Shown: in pieces, positions 48,691-59,935 of the stretch | Layout: each line of letters opens with the position of its first letter | How positions within the stretch are numbered: the stretch's first letter is position 1 | Assembly: GCF_963676685.1 (NCBI RefSeq) | Contig: NC_092347.1 | Location: 70,514,935-70,578,934, forward strand | Source: Mytilus edulis | Lineage: Eukaryota | Length of the DNA stretch: 64,000 nt | Direction of reading: 5' to 3' | Made by a program: the position numbers and the translations under genes | Notes under the pieces: model-generated | Seen by the model: the letters and a program-made list of their open reading frames with translations, nothing else | Database searches by the model: none | Told to the model about the DNA's origin: nothing

Positions 48691-49269
48691 CCATTCTATT
48701 ATGAAACTGACAGAAAACAACATTAAAACCTGAATTCAAAATCTGTCATATGCCGTCTGATCTTGCGCGTACATCCCATTGTCAATTGATGTCATGTAAA
48801 TAAGTGACGTTATCCAATCAAAATGAATGTTACAAACGTTGTTGCATTAGAATGATTGATTGATTGTTGGTGTTTTATGTCACTTTTAGCACAATTAGCT
48901 TTTTTGTGAAAGTAAGTTTTATTAGTGGACAGAGAGATCTATATATAGACCTTCTGCAAGAAAACTGACAATCCAAGATAATAAAGGTGGGGAGTTGATT
49001 GCACCTGCCATATGTTGGGTCCAACTCACACTGTCTGTGCTGACAGACAGGCTAGTTGAGTAAGTAAACTACATAGACAACTCTGCCAATTCCTTGTACT
49101 GTAATGTGCATCAAGGCGAAAACACTTAAAATTTCAATTTAGTAATGAATTGCACCATTTTCACTTCAGAAGATGTTGTCATGAGCTAGACCTAAGGCAA
49201 TTTTCAAACAGGACCTGGAAACATAATATGGGTACCCTACTGGAGCCCCATTAGTAGCAGCCTACTTAC

Positions 49270-49403
49270 AGGTAATATAGATTTTGCCTCAGACAGAATC
49301 ATTACAGCAACATTTGCCATGAAATCTTGTTTATGGTAACTGAAATCATACTCCACTTTCTGCCAGCTGATCAGGTTTCCTAATGCTGTCATGTTCTTAA
49401 CAC
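49270..49403 (-). CDS. MCMBP: MCMBP exon
   Basis: tttccag|GTGTTAAG...ATATTACCT|GTAAGTAGG, giving [45 protein letters not shown]. Confidence 0.5.
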
Positions 49404-49839
49404 CTGGAAAGACAACAAGATCACAAAAATTACATAGACAATAACTATAGTCTTTAAATATCAGCTGTATTTGTATGAGGCTGAGAAAGGTAATGGGAAA
49501 TATTACACCTGTTTCGAGCCAAGTCTCAAAAGGACACAATAATACATCACTTAAAGTATATAATTATTGTCTTTAGCATAGCAACTAATTTCAACAGTAA
49601 ATATAAATAAATATTGCCAGATTTAAAACAAAACTGATTCAAAAACATTCACTGAAAATTCTGAAATTGACATTTTTTGCATGGTTGTTTTTGTGTGTTA
49701 CAAATGTAAACATTCAATTTTTTCACTCCATGATTGGCACAAGAATAAAATCATAATAGATTTTGATCTCTCTCAAGGCAAGTATTGGTAAAATATATAT
49801 GAGTAGACCTTGATTAGATAAATGTTCAACCCAACGTAC

Positions 49840-50005
49840 CCCCAGCTTCCAGTTGACCAGGTTGTAGTACTGTTTCATCTATAACTAATGATGTCCTTTC
49901 GGGTAGTTGCAAGACTCCAGATTTTAAACGGTTTGCTGTGTAGTCTTTTTCTGGACATAATCGTAAAGTATTCATGTTTTCTATTGACAAGGGCAGTAAA
50001 TGTGA
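49840..50005 (-). CDS. MCMBP: MCMBP exon
   Basis: attttcag|TCACATT...GCTGGGG|GTACGTTGG, giving [56 protein letters not shown]. Confidence 0.5.
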
Positions 50006-50445
50006 CTGAAAATACAAATTTCTTGTCAAGAGTATGCACTCAAAATTCAGATGGATTCATTGTTTGAATATATGATCTAAACCAGAGAAGACATGGTTAA
50101 AAGTAGTACAAAATGTTGTATACAAGCTAGTAGTCAGTGCATGATTCACAAAATAATTCATCTGGTATGTAAGCTGAAAATTTGAGTAGAGATCAAATAC
50201 AGAGGTCTTGATTAATCAGAAAACTAAAATTAACATGATGCTACACACAGATTAAAACATTCCCATACATTGATGCTCTGTTCACATGATCACATTTCAA
50301 TTTCAACAAAGTATTGGTCAAACCCTATTAAAAATGTCCACATCATAATAAACATGAGTACTTAGTTTCAAGTGAAATTGACCACAACATAATGAACCAC
50401 TGTAAGCCAATTTAACCAACCTGATATAGATTAACAGACTGTTAC

Positions 50446-50656
50446 ATGCCCAGTCATGAAAACATCAAGTTCTTCATTTTTAATAGGCAGGGCATAAAAG
50501 CCTTGAAATAAAGTACTCATATTGTTATTAAGGTCTACCTGTGAAAGCAGTCCTGCCATGAACACTTGTAATAGCTGACCATATTTAGGTGTAACTGGGC
50601 AATGACTTAGGTTCAGACTGAACTTTCCTAGAGGCATAACATCGGCTCTCCCATAC
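50446..50656 (-). CDS. MCMBP: MCMBP exon (3' boundary uncertain)
   Basis: tttttcag|GTATGGGAG..., giving YGRADVMPLGKFSLNLSHCPVTPKYGQLLQVFMAGLLSQVDLNNNMSTLFQGFYALPIKNEELDVFMTGH, then GTAACA. Confidence 0.4.
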
Positions 50657-51143
50657 CTGAAAAACATTTATTCCTTAAAAAGTTAAAAATTAGTTGCTAT
50701 GGTTCAGTTTTAGACATTAGCATCAAAAGCATCTGACTTCCAAAGCCTACAAATTTTGAGCCATATATAAAATCAATGCTGCAAAATCTCCTTTCTTTTT
50801 TATTTTAAAAGTGTTGCTCTTCTCTCAAGTATAAAATGGCAACAACAACTTTATGTTCCTCAAACTGCATATTTATTGATAGAAAAATATTAAAAAATAC
50901 TAGTATGCTATAAAAATAAGGAAAAGTGGTATGATTGCCACTCAGACAACTGTTTACCAAAGTTCAAATGAAGCAGATGTAAGCAATTATAGTTAAGCCT
51001 CACATGTCCAAAAGGCAGAATTTTGGTAAGTATTTTCCAATCATTCAAGGGCAACAAGATGGACACTATGCTATTGTTAACTAATGACACCTGGCTGAAA
51101 TCAGTTACCAAACATAGTACTATTATAGTAATTAAATACTTAC

Positions 51144-51267
51144 ACAGATGATAATAAATGCAGTAGAAAGAACTCAGCAGCTAAACTGTCTCCAAGCATT
51201 GCATGTTCCAATAATTCCATTATTCTCCCTCTCAAAGTATCAATCTCTTGTTCAAGTTGCTGAAATT
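51144..51267 (-). CDS. MCMBP: MCMBP exon
   Basis: tctttcag|AATTTCAGC...CATCTGT|GTAAGTAT, giving EFQQLEQEIDTLRGRIMELLEHAMLGDSLAAEFFLLHLLSS. Confidence 0.5.
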
Positions 51268-52290
51268 CTGAAAGATAATACATTTATTCATACACTGACA
51301 TAAAGAGTATAAGCATAATTCAAATTAGAGCAAAGTAGAGATTTATAATGTAGTCTTTAAATTGGATAGAAAGAAATGTTGCAACTTTGAAAACACTTTC
51401 ACTTTTAAGTTCGAAAAGTATAAAACCTCAATATTTACAGTACAAATAATAGTTATAGCAAACGTCTCTTCAATTTTCTTAAGTAAAATTCACAGGTTTT
51501 CTCTCATAATGTGTTTTTCAAGGAGAAATTTTAATTTCCAATAGATTGAAATCTACAGAGGACAATCGCTATTGTATTAAATCAATGCATTCAAGACTTT
51601 TATTGAATACCAGCTAGTCTATTTTTGTTACAATTACTTATGACTATTTAATTATAATCTATTAAAAAAAAAAAATTATTTTCATGTTATGTACTTGATC
51701 TGTGTCAGTGTAATGGCTGTAAAGAAAGAAATATGTCTAGTTAATTTTGCAAATATTTTTTCAATATGAATATGCGATATATAAAAAATATGGATATCGC
51801 ATGTAACTGGATAATCCTTTTGTGTGTTCTTTTCCTTCTTCTTTATTTATCAATTTTTATATTTTTTTTTATTTTTCTTGATCTTTTCAATAGAAAATGT
51901 AAAATATTTCCAATTAAGATGGATTTATAATAATTACATTGCATATATCTTATATGTATTATATTGTATGTATTTCATGTATATGTTGTATTTGTTGGAA
52001 GCAATAGTTACAATGTTAACACGATAATGTGTCAACATTGGTTACATTTTATAAACTCTTATATATATATTGTTTACATTGTTGACATCGCAATGTACAT
52101 GGATACAATGTTGTGAAGATGTTGAGTTAATATACATCCTTTAGAAATTTAAAATCAAGGGACAGTTCAACTTCTAAGAATTGAACAACACCAACAGATT
52201 TTCACAAAAGACTATTTTTTCTTCACATCAAAAGTTTCTTTCTTTTTGTGGTAGTTTTATTTAAACTACTATCAAATAGTCTGTGCTTAC

Positions 52291-52460
52291 TAGTTTTATA
52301 TTCATCTGTGTCTGGTATCTGTGGCAGGAGTGGGTTATTGTGTGTCAGTTTGTTACACAAAACAGCATGTAATCTTGGAACCAATGAAGGGGGCGGGGCA
52401 TGAGCATTGATCTCTTCTACAGGTGGCTGGTATCCTTCTACACCAAATTCTTCAGGTTGA
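52291..52460 (-). CDS. MCMBP: MCMBP exon
   Basis: ttctag|TCAACCTGAAG...AAACTA|GTAAGC, giving [56 protein letters not shown]. Confidence 0.5.
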
Positions 52461-52797
52461 CTAGAATATCATAAAAGTATTTGGTTTAATTTTCAAAATA
52501 TTATAAACTGGTTAAATATGTAAATTTTATTTCTTTACTGTGGATTATTTTGCAGCTGTTCAATATCATGATATCATTATTTTTTTTAATCTCAAAATTG
52601 GGGAAAATAATCCCCTCATTAAGTTGTCCTTCTCGACTATTTATCTTGTATACAATAAAAAATATTTATAATCAATTAATATAAAACGGGTGATGGAAGC
52701 TTGTTGGTATTCACTTTTCTTTCTGTATGTTAAGTTACTTCATAAATTTCCCATTTTTCCACCACATTAAAATTTTTCAATTTAACAATGCACTTAC

Positions 52798-52894
52798 TTT
52801 TCAGGGTTAAATTGTGCTAAGGCTGGATCCACAGATAATATTCCAATGAATTCTACCATGTCATTCACTTTAAACTTGTCAATATCATCATAAA
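52798..52894 (-). CDS. MCMBP: MCMBP exon
   Basis: taatttcag|ATTTATGATG...CCTGAAAA|GTAAGTGC, giving IYDDIDKFKVNDMVEFIGILSVDPALAQFNPEK. Confidence 0.5.
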
Positions 52895-53280
52895 TCTGAA
52901 ATTACAAGATTAAAATTGTCAGAATATTGTGTCAGAAGCCTTACAATAAAAGGCCAAACTATTATTTGCATAACAAATATTGTAACTAGACGACTAAAAT
53001 GTCCCCCCCCCCCCTCCCCTCTTACTTTTCTTTAAGAAACAGGCAAAAGTTTCTATTCAGTCTTTTATATGGTTCATGCATCATTATTTGATATTTTGAT
53101 TTTGAATTCTTACTGACTCATAGAAAAATGGGTTTGGACCAACTTCTAATGTAAGGAGTACCTTAATTGCAAATCCTTAAAAAATACTAATGAACATTAA
53201 TTATGTTTTGATTTTTCTCTCCATACTTTTCAAACATTTTTACATAAAATTTAGCCATGTTGAAAAACTTGTACTTGCCT

Positions 53281-53352
53281 TCACTAAACAAGCCGTGCCC
53301 TTTTCGTCTTGCAAAGGAAAGTTTAAATCATGACCAACATTTGGAGGCTGTG
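53281..53352 (-). CDS. MCMBP: MCMBP exon (donor uncertain)
   Basis: ttattttcag|CACAGCCTCC, giving AQPPNVGHDLNFPLQDEKGTACLVK. Confidence 0.35.
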
Positions 53353-55550
53353 CTGAAAAATAAAATAAAAGTATATAATTTTCCTTTTCCCTTAATGCAA
53401 TAATAATTCCACGTTTGAGCAATATATATATATATATATATTTAAAAGTTAGAGTAACAAGATTATGCTTAACCCTTTCCCTTTCAGGCATTTTAGACCT
53501 TTACTTATCGAAAAGACATTATTGAAGTTTAAATGAATACTGCATTCGCATCAATGGTCATACACATGCCATGTTGGGCTCAAATGAAAGATAATTGGTA
53601 AAATATTTCAAAAAATTAAGTTTGATGATAATTCATCATTTTTTGGTCACGTGGTATATTTCCAAAAGTCACGTGACTGTTGGAGAAAAGGTGAAAAAAT
53701 ACGAAATCTTTGGGCAAAAAGTCATGCAGAGACATATTGGTGGGCTAATAGGGTCAGGTTTTGGTGGAAACACAATGCCTCGAGTCTGTTGAAGCCATAT
53801 AAGTTATCATACTGGTATAAATAGACGCATAACGTGCTATAGGCCTTGAAATATAGATGTCCGAAACATTCAAAATAACTGATTTTAGACGGCATTTTTG
53901 TCCGATTTCAAAATTGGACCCTAGTTATTTGTCTAATTCGTTTTCAACCAATCAGCAACCTAAACTTTTTTTTTACAAGGGAAAATTCATTGAATTACCA
54001 ATGCTAGCTTGATCTGGGACACCCTTGACCGAGCCCGATGGAGCAAAGGGGGTAAAAAAAGGGGGGGGGGGGGGGGGGGGGGGTAATTTGGCACACACAT
54101 TCTTTTAAAAAAAAAATTCTTGAAAGTAAAGTTAAGTTAAGTTACATTTAATATAGGAAATTATTTTTCCAACTCCGGCAGTGAGATTCGAATACTCAAT
54201 CTTAGCGCCTTGGGATAGATCATCGTACCCCTGCGCCACTGACATTGTAATGAATTTATTGAAATTTAAGTACTTAAGTCTACTACTACAGAAGAAATAA
54301 AAAAAAAAAAAAAAAATATAAAGATTCTCACCCAGTTGTTTTCTTTTTGGAATTATGTGTTCAGATAATATTTTTTTGTTGCCAAATGCATGATTTTTAC
54401 GCAAATCTGGGAGGAATCCACTCTTTAAAATGTCATTTTTTCATTGAAATATACATGTTCCTTTATTCAAACAAAAGTGTTTTCAACTTTAGCATACCGC
54501 AACACTTACGAAACCATGTTTTGTTACATCTATTTCAACTTTGCCAAAAGAAAATAGAATATTTTAGTGGTTTTTGTCTCTTTTCTCGTAATATCTTTAA
54601 GAAATGACTTAGGATTTTTAGCGCATTTCAAGTTTGTGATTGCGCTGCTACGAAAAAAATTACATTTGCAACTAGTGTACAAGTTAGAACTATTAGTTTA
54701 ATACTATTCTTCAAAAACTCACTGCACAGTTATTGAAAAAAGACATAAATCCTCTTAAAAGAGCAGTTTTCTTTGCCCTTCTGTTTGAAAATTTTCCTCA
54801 AAATTTCGAAGAAAAATAAATGGTTTTTACAGAAAAATTACACATCAGTAAGGGGCGACTAGTTCATTAACTAATAATGATAGAGGTTTGATGCACCTTA
54901 AATCGCATTGCTGGTTATCTGAGGATTAATTTGAGCCCTTAACCACATCTGTAAGTCAGCAAATGGCGACGGAACAAGTCTAAATGCACCCAGAAATTCT
55001 TGAAATTGGCTTCACCGGTAAACTGTACCGGTGTGAAAGGGAAAGGGTTAAATGTACATGCCCTAGTTTCTATTTTTTAATAAAAAATAACAATTCTTAT
55101 TTTCATTATTTTTATAGGTTTTCACCCTACCAATACATTTTCCAAAAATAGTAGGTTGGAATGTATTTTTTTTTACCTTTGAATAAAAAAATATAAATAA
55201 TAAAAAAGTAAATTTAAAATGGATAATACAGATAATGCCTTTGAGGAGTTTTCTTCTAACACTATAGGCAAATTAATATCTTTCAACTAAAACACTAAAT
55301 ATTTTCCAAACATTTGTCTGTCAGATATCAGAAGAATTTTTTTTCTTAAATTTTAGTCTTGCATATTATGCTTTAGGTCTTTGAACTTTTTGTTGTTGCC
55401 TCATCTTAGATCTTAGTCATTAAATTCAAAAGATATCAGCAACAGTCTCTCCTAAAAAGACCTGATTTTAAAAGAATTTAGAAAAGTTTATTTCTTTTTA
55501 GAATAACAGGTTGGTCTTCACACACCTCCTACTTTCAAGTGTAAAAATAC

Positions 55551-55731
55551 CTTGTGTATTTTCTGTTCTTGTTCTTTTAGATTCTGTTGAATCACAGGAT
55601 TCTGTACCTCCACTTGGTTCTGAAGTCTCCATAGCAACATCTTCTGATTCTTCATCGAAGGAACGTTTATTTCTGACTGGAACATGTGACATTGATGGTT
55701 GAGCTTTGACTCCTGCCTTATCAGCATATGT
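55551..55731 (-). CDS. MCMBP: MCMBP exon (acidic/Ser-rich linker region)
   Basis: atattttag|ACATATGCTG...ACACAAG|GTATTTTTAC, giving TYADKAGVKAQPSMSHVPVRNKRSFDEESEDVAMETSEPSGGTESCDSTESKRTRTENTQ. Confidence 0.5.
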
Positions 55732-56082
55732 CTAAAATATACAAAATCATAAATTATTAAAAGTTGTAAAAAAACTATTTTTGGGGATACATTATTTCAT
55801 GTTTAGGCCTTAATAGCCCTTTTTGTGTAAGACTTGCTGCAAAATTTGTTATCGAAGAAATACATATCAAAGTTGTGAATTACATCTGTTTGATTATTCA
55901 AGGCATTTTTTTAAGTCCAGAATATGTGGGCAAAGGCAAATGTAATATTTTTCTTATGCTTTATTAAACTGCAATTTGAATGCATAATTGTACACTGTTA
56001 AATAAACATGCAGCTTCAAAATATTTCTAAATTGCATATACTTTGCCTTTATGACAATTTTACTATTATTTTCAAACCCTAC

Positions 56083-56184
56083 CTCTTTTACCCAAGTTGT
56101 CTCCCCTGGTATTGGTACACAATATATTGTTTGTCTGTCCATAGTAACATTGTCTCTGGATTCTAAATCTATCTGTTGCGATTT
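56083..56184 (-). CDS. MCMBP: MCMBP exon
   Basis: gatgttgcag|AAATCGCAAC...AAAAGAG|GTAGGG, giving [34 protein letters not shown]. As I recall it, human MCMBP has RQTFYCVPVPGESTWVKE. Confidence 0.6.
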
Positions 56185-56736
56185 CTGCAACATCAAAAAT
56201 TAAATACATTGTATACATAAATCAAAGAATTATAATGTCTACATACTGAACACATATTGGCTAAACAATTGATTCAAACCAGACACAATTTTATCCACTG
56301 TTAGCTGGTTTATTATTTTTTTTCACTGTAAAAATTCAGTGAGGTATTATATTATATGTCTATATAAGCATTGATGTGCACTGACCTGCATTCACAGTAT
56401 TGAAACCAAAAGTAGGTCTTGTTCTGGCTTAACTTTAATTAATGCAAATTCAGCTCAACTCTTACACTATTTAAATTCATGCTGATAGTGTTCATAAACA
56501 ACAAGAAAAATAATAAAATATAAAATTTTATGACGCCATATTTGACCAAATTGAAATTGTTGATGAATAACAGGAATCTCTACTGCTAAAGGCTAGTCCA
56601 GATCCACATTAAGATAAGCAGAGGATGTCAATGCCACCAAGATCTTGTTGTAATAATAACATAATGATAACTTTTTATATTGGAGAATGTTATGAATTTT
56701 AATGACTAAAACATAACAGCCTTCATGTAAACTTAC

Positions 56737-56919
56737 AGAACAGTCTGCGATGTCTTTATACATCCCTGATTTCTGTGTTACTTTGGATGTTTCTAAATCC
56801 TTCACCTGATAGAGTCCAAGGTAGAATTCTGGATCATATATATCCTGGACCATACATCTAAATCTCACTAAAGAGTTTGGTTTCAGTGTATGTAGTGGAG
56901 TATCATTTAAACTTGGTAC
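56737..56919 (-). CDS. MCMBP: MCMBP exon (N-terminal conserved region)
   Basis: tatatttgcag|GTACCAAG...GACTGTTCT|GTAAGTTTAC, giving [61 protein letters not shown]. As I recall it, human MCMBP has [38 protein letters not shown]. Confidence 0.65.
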
Positions 56920-58312
56920 CTGCAAATATAGAAAACTTCTTTTAAACAAAAGTTCTGCTTTCTAAGAAGGTATTAGGCCAGAATTTTTTTATTATCTGTT
57001 TAACGAGATCCGCCGACTCCACCTTTCCCGATTTTAGAATAAAAATAAAAGTAGTGCTTCTTACTTTTATTATTATTTTCCCGCCGACTGTTACGAAATC
57101 CACAGAAAAAAATAAAATGTGTTGTTCACGATACTCGCTTTCAGTCAATTTCGTTATCCGTAATATTTAATTTTTACCAAGTCAATGAAACAGCAATTTT
57201 CATTTAAAAGTAAAGAAATTCAAGGCATAAACGATATATTTTCTTCTAAAAGATTTTTAAGCTGGTGGCATGCTTTTCATACTTGTTACACGAGAGCGTA
57301 CATCAAATCATTCTAACTTTCGGCAAAATCAGTTATTACTTCATCAGAACTTGATGAAATTAGCCTAAAGTAAACTTGTCATCCATGTACAGTACATTCC
57401 GGTTATTTGCATAGCCTATTTGTCAGACGAAATTATGCAATAAAGCGGAGTATGCTTATATCCGAAATGCCAAATTACGGAGTCAAATAACATCGATAGT
57501 GCAGATCAACAAAGAAGGAAGATGAACGCCCATAGTCCACTTACAACATATTGAATGCTTATTTATTCTAATAAAAGTTATTTGTCTAGTGTCATACATT
57601 TTATTTCATTGTGTATTCTTTCAATAAAGATTATAAACACATTTTGTTTAGTTTATTTATGTACCGATTTTTCCTTTACCTGAGATACGAAAATAAAATT
57701 GTTCTAAAAATAGATTTGTTTCTATGACCCAGATGTACAAATTACATTGTTACACCTTGTTTAAAATAAACTGTTTAACAATACTACACAGTTAATAATC
57801 ATTGTAAACAATAATTGTGCAATGAACTGCCTTTGATATTCAGTATTTACCGATTACACAGTGATGTGACACTGTTACTTTAACACCGCTAGTTTCGTTT
57901 ATGCAAAGCAGTTCACAGGTGATGGGGCCATGCACGGGTTATCCGCTGGACACGAGTGTTGAAAGTGAGAAATATATAATAATCAGAAGTTAATTTTCTT
58001 TTAAAAAATATTAAAAAGAAAAGATTAATGTATAAAATTCTTCAACCATATATAAAAGCCCTGTAATATTTAACATAAATGTAGATCACCCAAGCTGAAT
58101 TACGAGATTACACATTGGATAATGATCGATAATTAGCAGGCGTTAATGTTTTAAAAATTCACCCAAAATGGAATCTATGAACAATGTTTGAAATCCAATC
58201 AATAATTAACACCTTTTGAGATAGAAGATCATAGAATGGTTGTGTTTTTACAACAATCAGCTGATTGACATTTTTATGACCTCGAGGCTTAAAATAGAAT
58301 ATGGGAAACTTT

Positions 58313-58347
58313 ACCTGTGTACACATCGAGGACTTTTTTATAATCAT
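58313..58347 (-). CDS. MCMBP: Candidate start-codon exon of MCMBP (MIIKKSSMCTQ|gtaaag); uncertain
   Basis: ATG at 58347, donor CACAG|GTAAAG at 58312. A possible downstream exon encodes ..DWISNIVHRFHFG (compare human DWLSHPLGIVQGFF). The N-terminal structure is unresolved. Confidence 0.2.
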
Positions 58348-58439
58348 ATAAACACGAAAGATACTGTTTTAAAACTTTATTTGAATTACACACAAGTAAA
58401 TGTGAAATAATAATGAAAATTATGATGCATTCAAGTAAA

Positions 58440-58870
58440 ATATACTTACCAAATTGCCGTTTCCGGTCAAAAATCTCGTCTGTTTTAACAGAGCATATCT
58501 AGCTGGCGATTATTTTCTATGCAATAAACCGAAATGCCACTTGTAAGGCTATGCATATAACCGGACAATTTAACATTAGGTGAATGGGAAATGGTTTCGT
58601 GCAGGAGAAAAGTATGCAATTAACCGAATTATGCTATTAAGCGGTATGCAATTAAGTGGAATCGACTGTATTGCATTAGAAACGTCATATTCCTTTCCAA
58701 ATAGCGTATCAAACATCGTTTATTTTTGTAAATTTTTCTTCGTCCGACATTTAAATTTGTAGAACTACGGATCGGAATCGGGATTTCATCGGAAACGGAC
58801 CCGCTATGACCGAAATCCGGATTCTTGCGATAATGACTACAGACGCATGAATGGCACTGCTGACAGACAA
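58440..58870. promoter_or_regulatory. CpG-dense block at the 5' end of MCMBP; candidate promoter
   Basis: Local cluster of CG dinucleotides (ccgtttccggtc, cgtccgac, ctacggatcggaatcgggatttcatcggaaacggacccgctatgaccgaaatccgg, gcgataatgac...gacgcatg) in an otherwise CpG-poor, AT-rich window. Confidence 0.3.
58450..58520 (-). other. MCMBP: Probable non-coding 5' exon of MCMBP with a classic GTAAGT donor
   Basis: ...GGAAACGGCAATTTG|GTAAGTATAT. The only ATG is followed by a stop after 3 codons. It lies 89 nt upstream of the acceptor ttttaaaacag at 58361. Confidence 0.3.
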
Positions 58871-59736
58871 AAATTGATCCCAAAAGGGAAAATTACGCAT
58901 TCCACACGCATTAACATACTTTTGGTTAGATCTTCTTGATTAATGTATATATTTCCATGTATAAGCATAGTTTCAATTTATAGGTTAAAGTTGCTTAACT
59001 CTGGGACTATTACACCAGAGACATATATATATACACATGTAATATATGTCTCTGCATACACTAAGAGGTTCCTGACTGGGTGACTGGTATATACATATAT
59101 AGTGTATATGCAGCGAGGTTGATATATTTGAGTAGTGCCATGGATCTATATTAGTGGAAATACAGAATCAAAACATAGTTTTTATGTTTATATTAATAGA
59201 AAGGTTAACCAGAGACATATATAAACTATATGTATTTATATTTCTCTGGGTTAATATACTGGTCTGTTCTCATTTCATTGTTCTTGTATTTTGATAAATT
59301 CTAAAAAAAAAAAAAAAAAAAAAAGTCACTTGTAATGGTTTTATTTTTATTTTTAGTGTCGACTGGACCAATTTTGCACTTTTATTTTTTTTTTATTTCG
59401 CCCCCTCGACCCTAATTTTTTACAAATTTTCTCGTTAAACAGATAAAATAAAAAGTCTGGCCTTATGGAACCAAACTAGTTAGGCTATAAATGATAAATC
59501 TTTACCAGACACTGTTTATTATGGGTTTTACCATTTACTACTTTTTAATTGTCTTTCTTTTGGCCAATATAACTTCAACTAATAAATCTACTTGTGCTAT
59601 AATGTTTAAAGAACTTTTTCAGTATTCTCACTAGTACTTGCAATTTTTTATTAAAGTTCATGTATGACTGACAGTTATTGTATAAACTTTCAAATACATA
59701 TCATAATTATTTGAGTGACGACTTTGGTACTTATAG

Positions 59737-59935
59737 GTGAGGGCTATTCCAGAAAAATGTAGGGGGGGGGGTTGGAAGGCAGTTTTTGTCAGCACCCTCC
59801 ACCCAGACAATTGTAATTGAGAATTATAGTGCATTATAGTGTGAAAAGTTGCTCTGATACCCATCCCCCATGTATTATTAATACAATGTGATTTCCAACC
59901 CCCCCATACATTTTTTTCTGGAATAGCCCTGACTA
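59737..59935. repeat. About 200-bp MITE with about 35-bp inverted repeats including G10/C7 tracts
   Basis: agggctattccagaaaaatgtaggggggggggttggaa ... ttccaacccccccatacatttttttctggaatagccct. Confidence 0.65.

Noticed and set aside
54060-54090. G25 homopolymer (also G14/C16 at 2370-2480)
   Set aside because: These are parts of MITE-B-type repeats or simple sequence. Noted only as potential G-quadruplex or sequencing-problem sites, not as features.
54170-54250. tRNA-like segment (minus strand: ggcgcaggggtacgatgatctatcccaaggcgctaagattgagtattcgaatctcactgcc)
   Set aside because: It has a T-arm-like TTCGAATC box but no convincing cloverleaf (no proper D-arm or anticodon stem by eye). It is probably a tRNA-derived SINE fragment in an MCMBP intron.
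56942-57148. 68-aa minus-strand ORF upstream of the MCMBP VPSLN exon, as a possible N-terminal coding exon
   Set aside because: The translation (…[21 protein letters not shown]) shows no similarity to the MCMBP N-terminus and has no usable donor.
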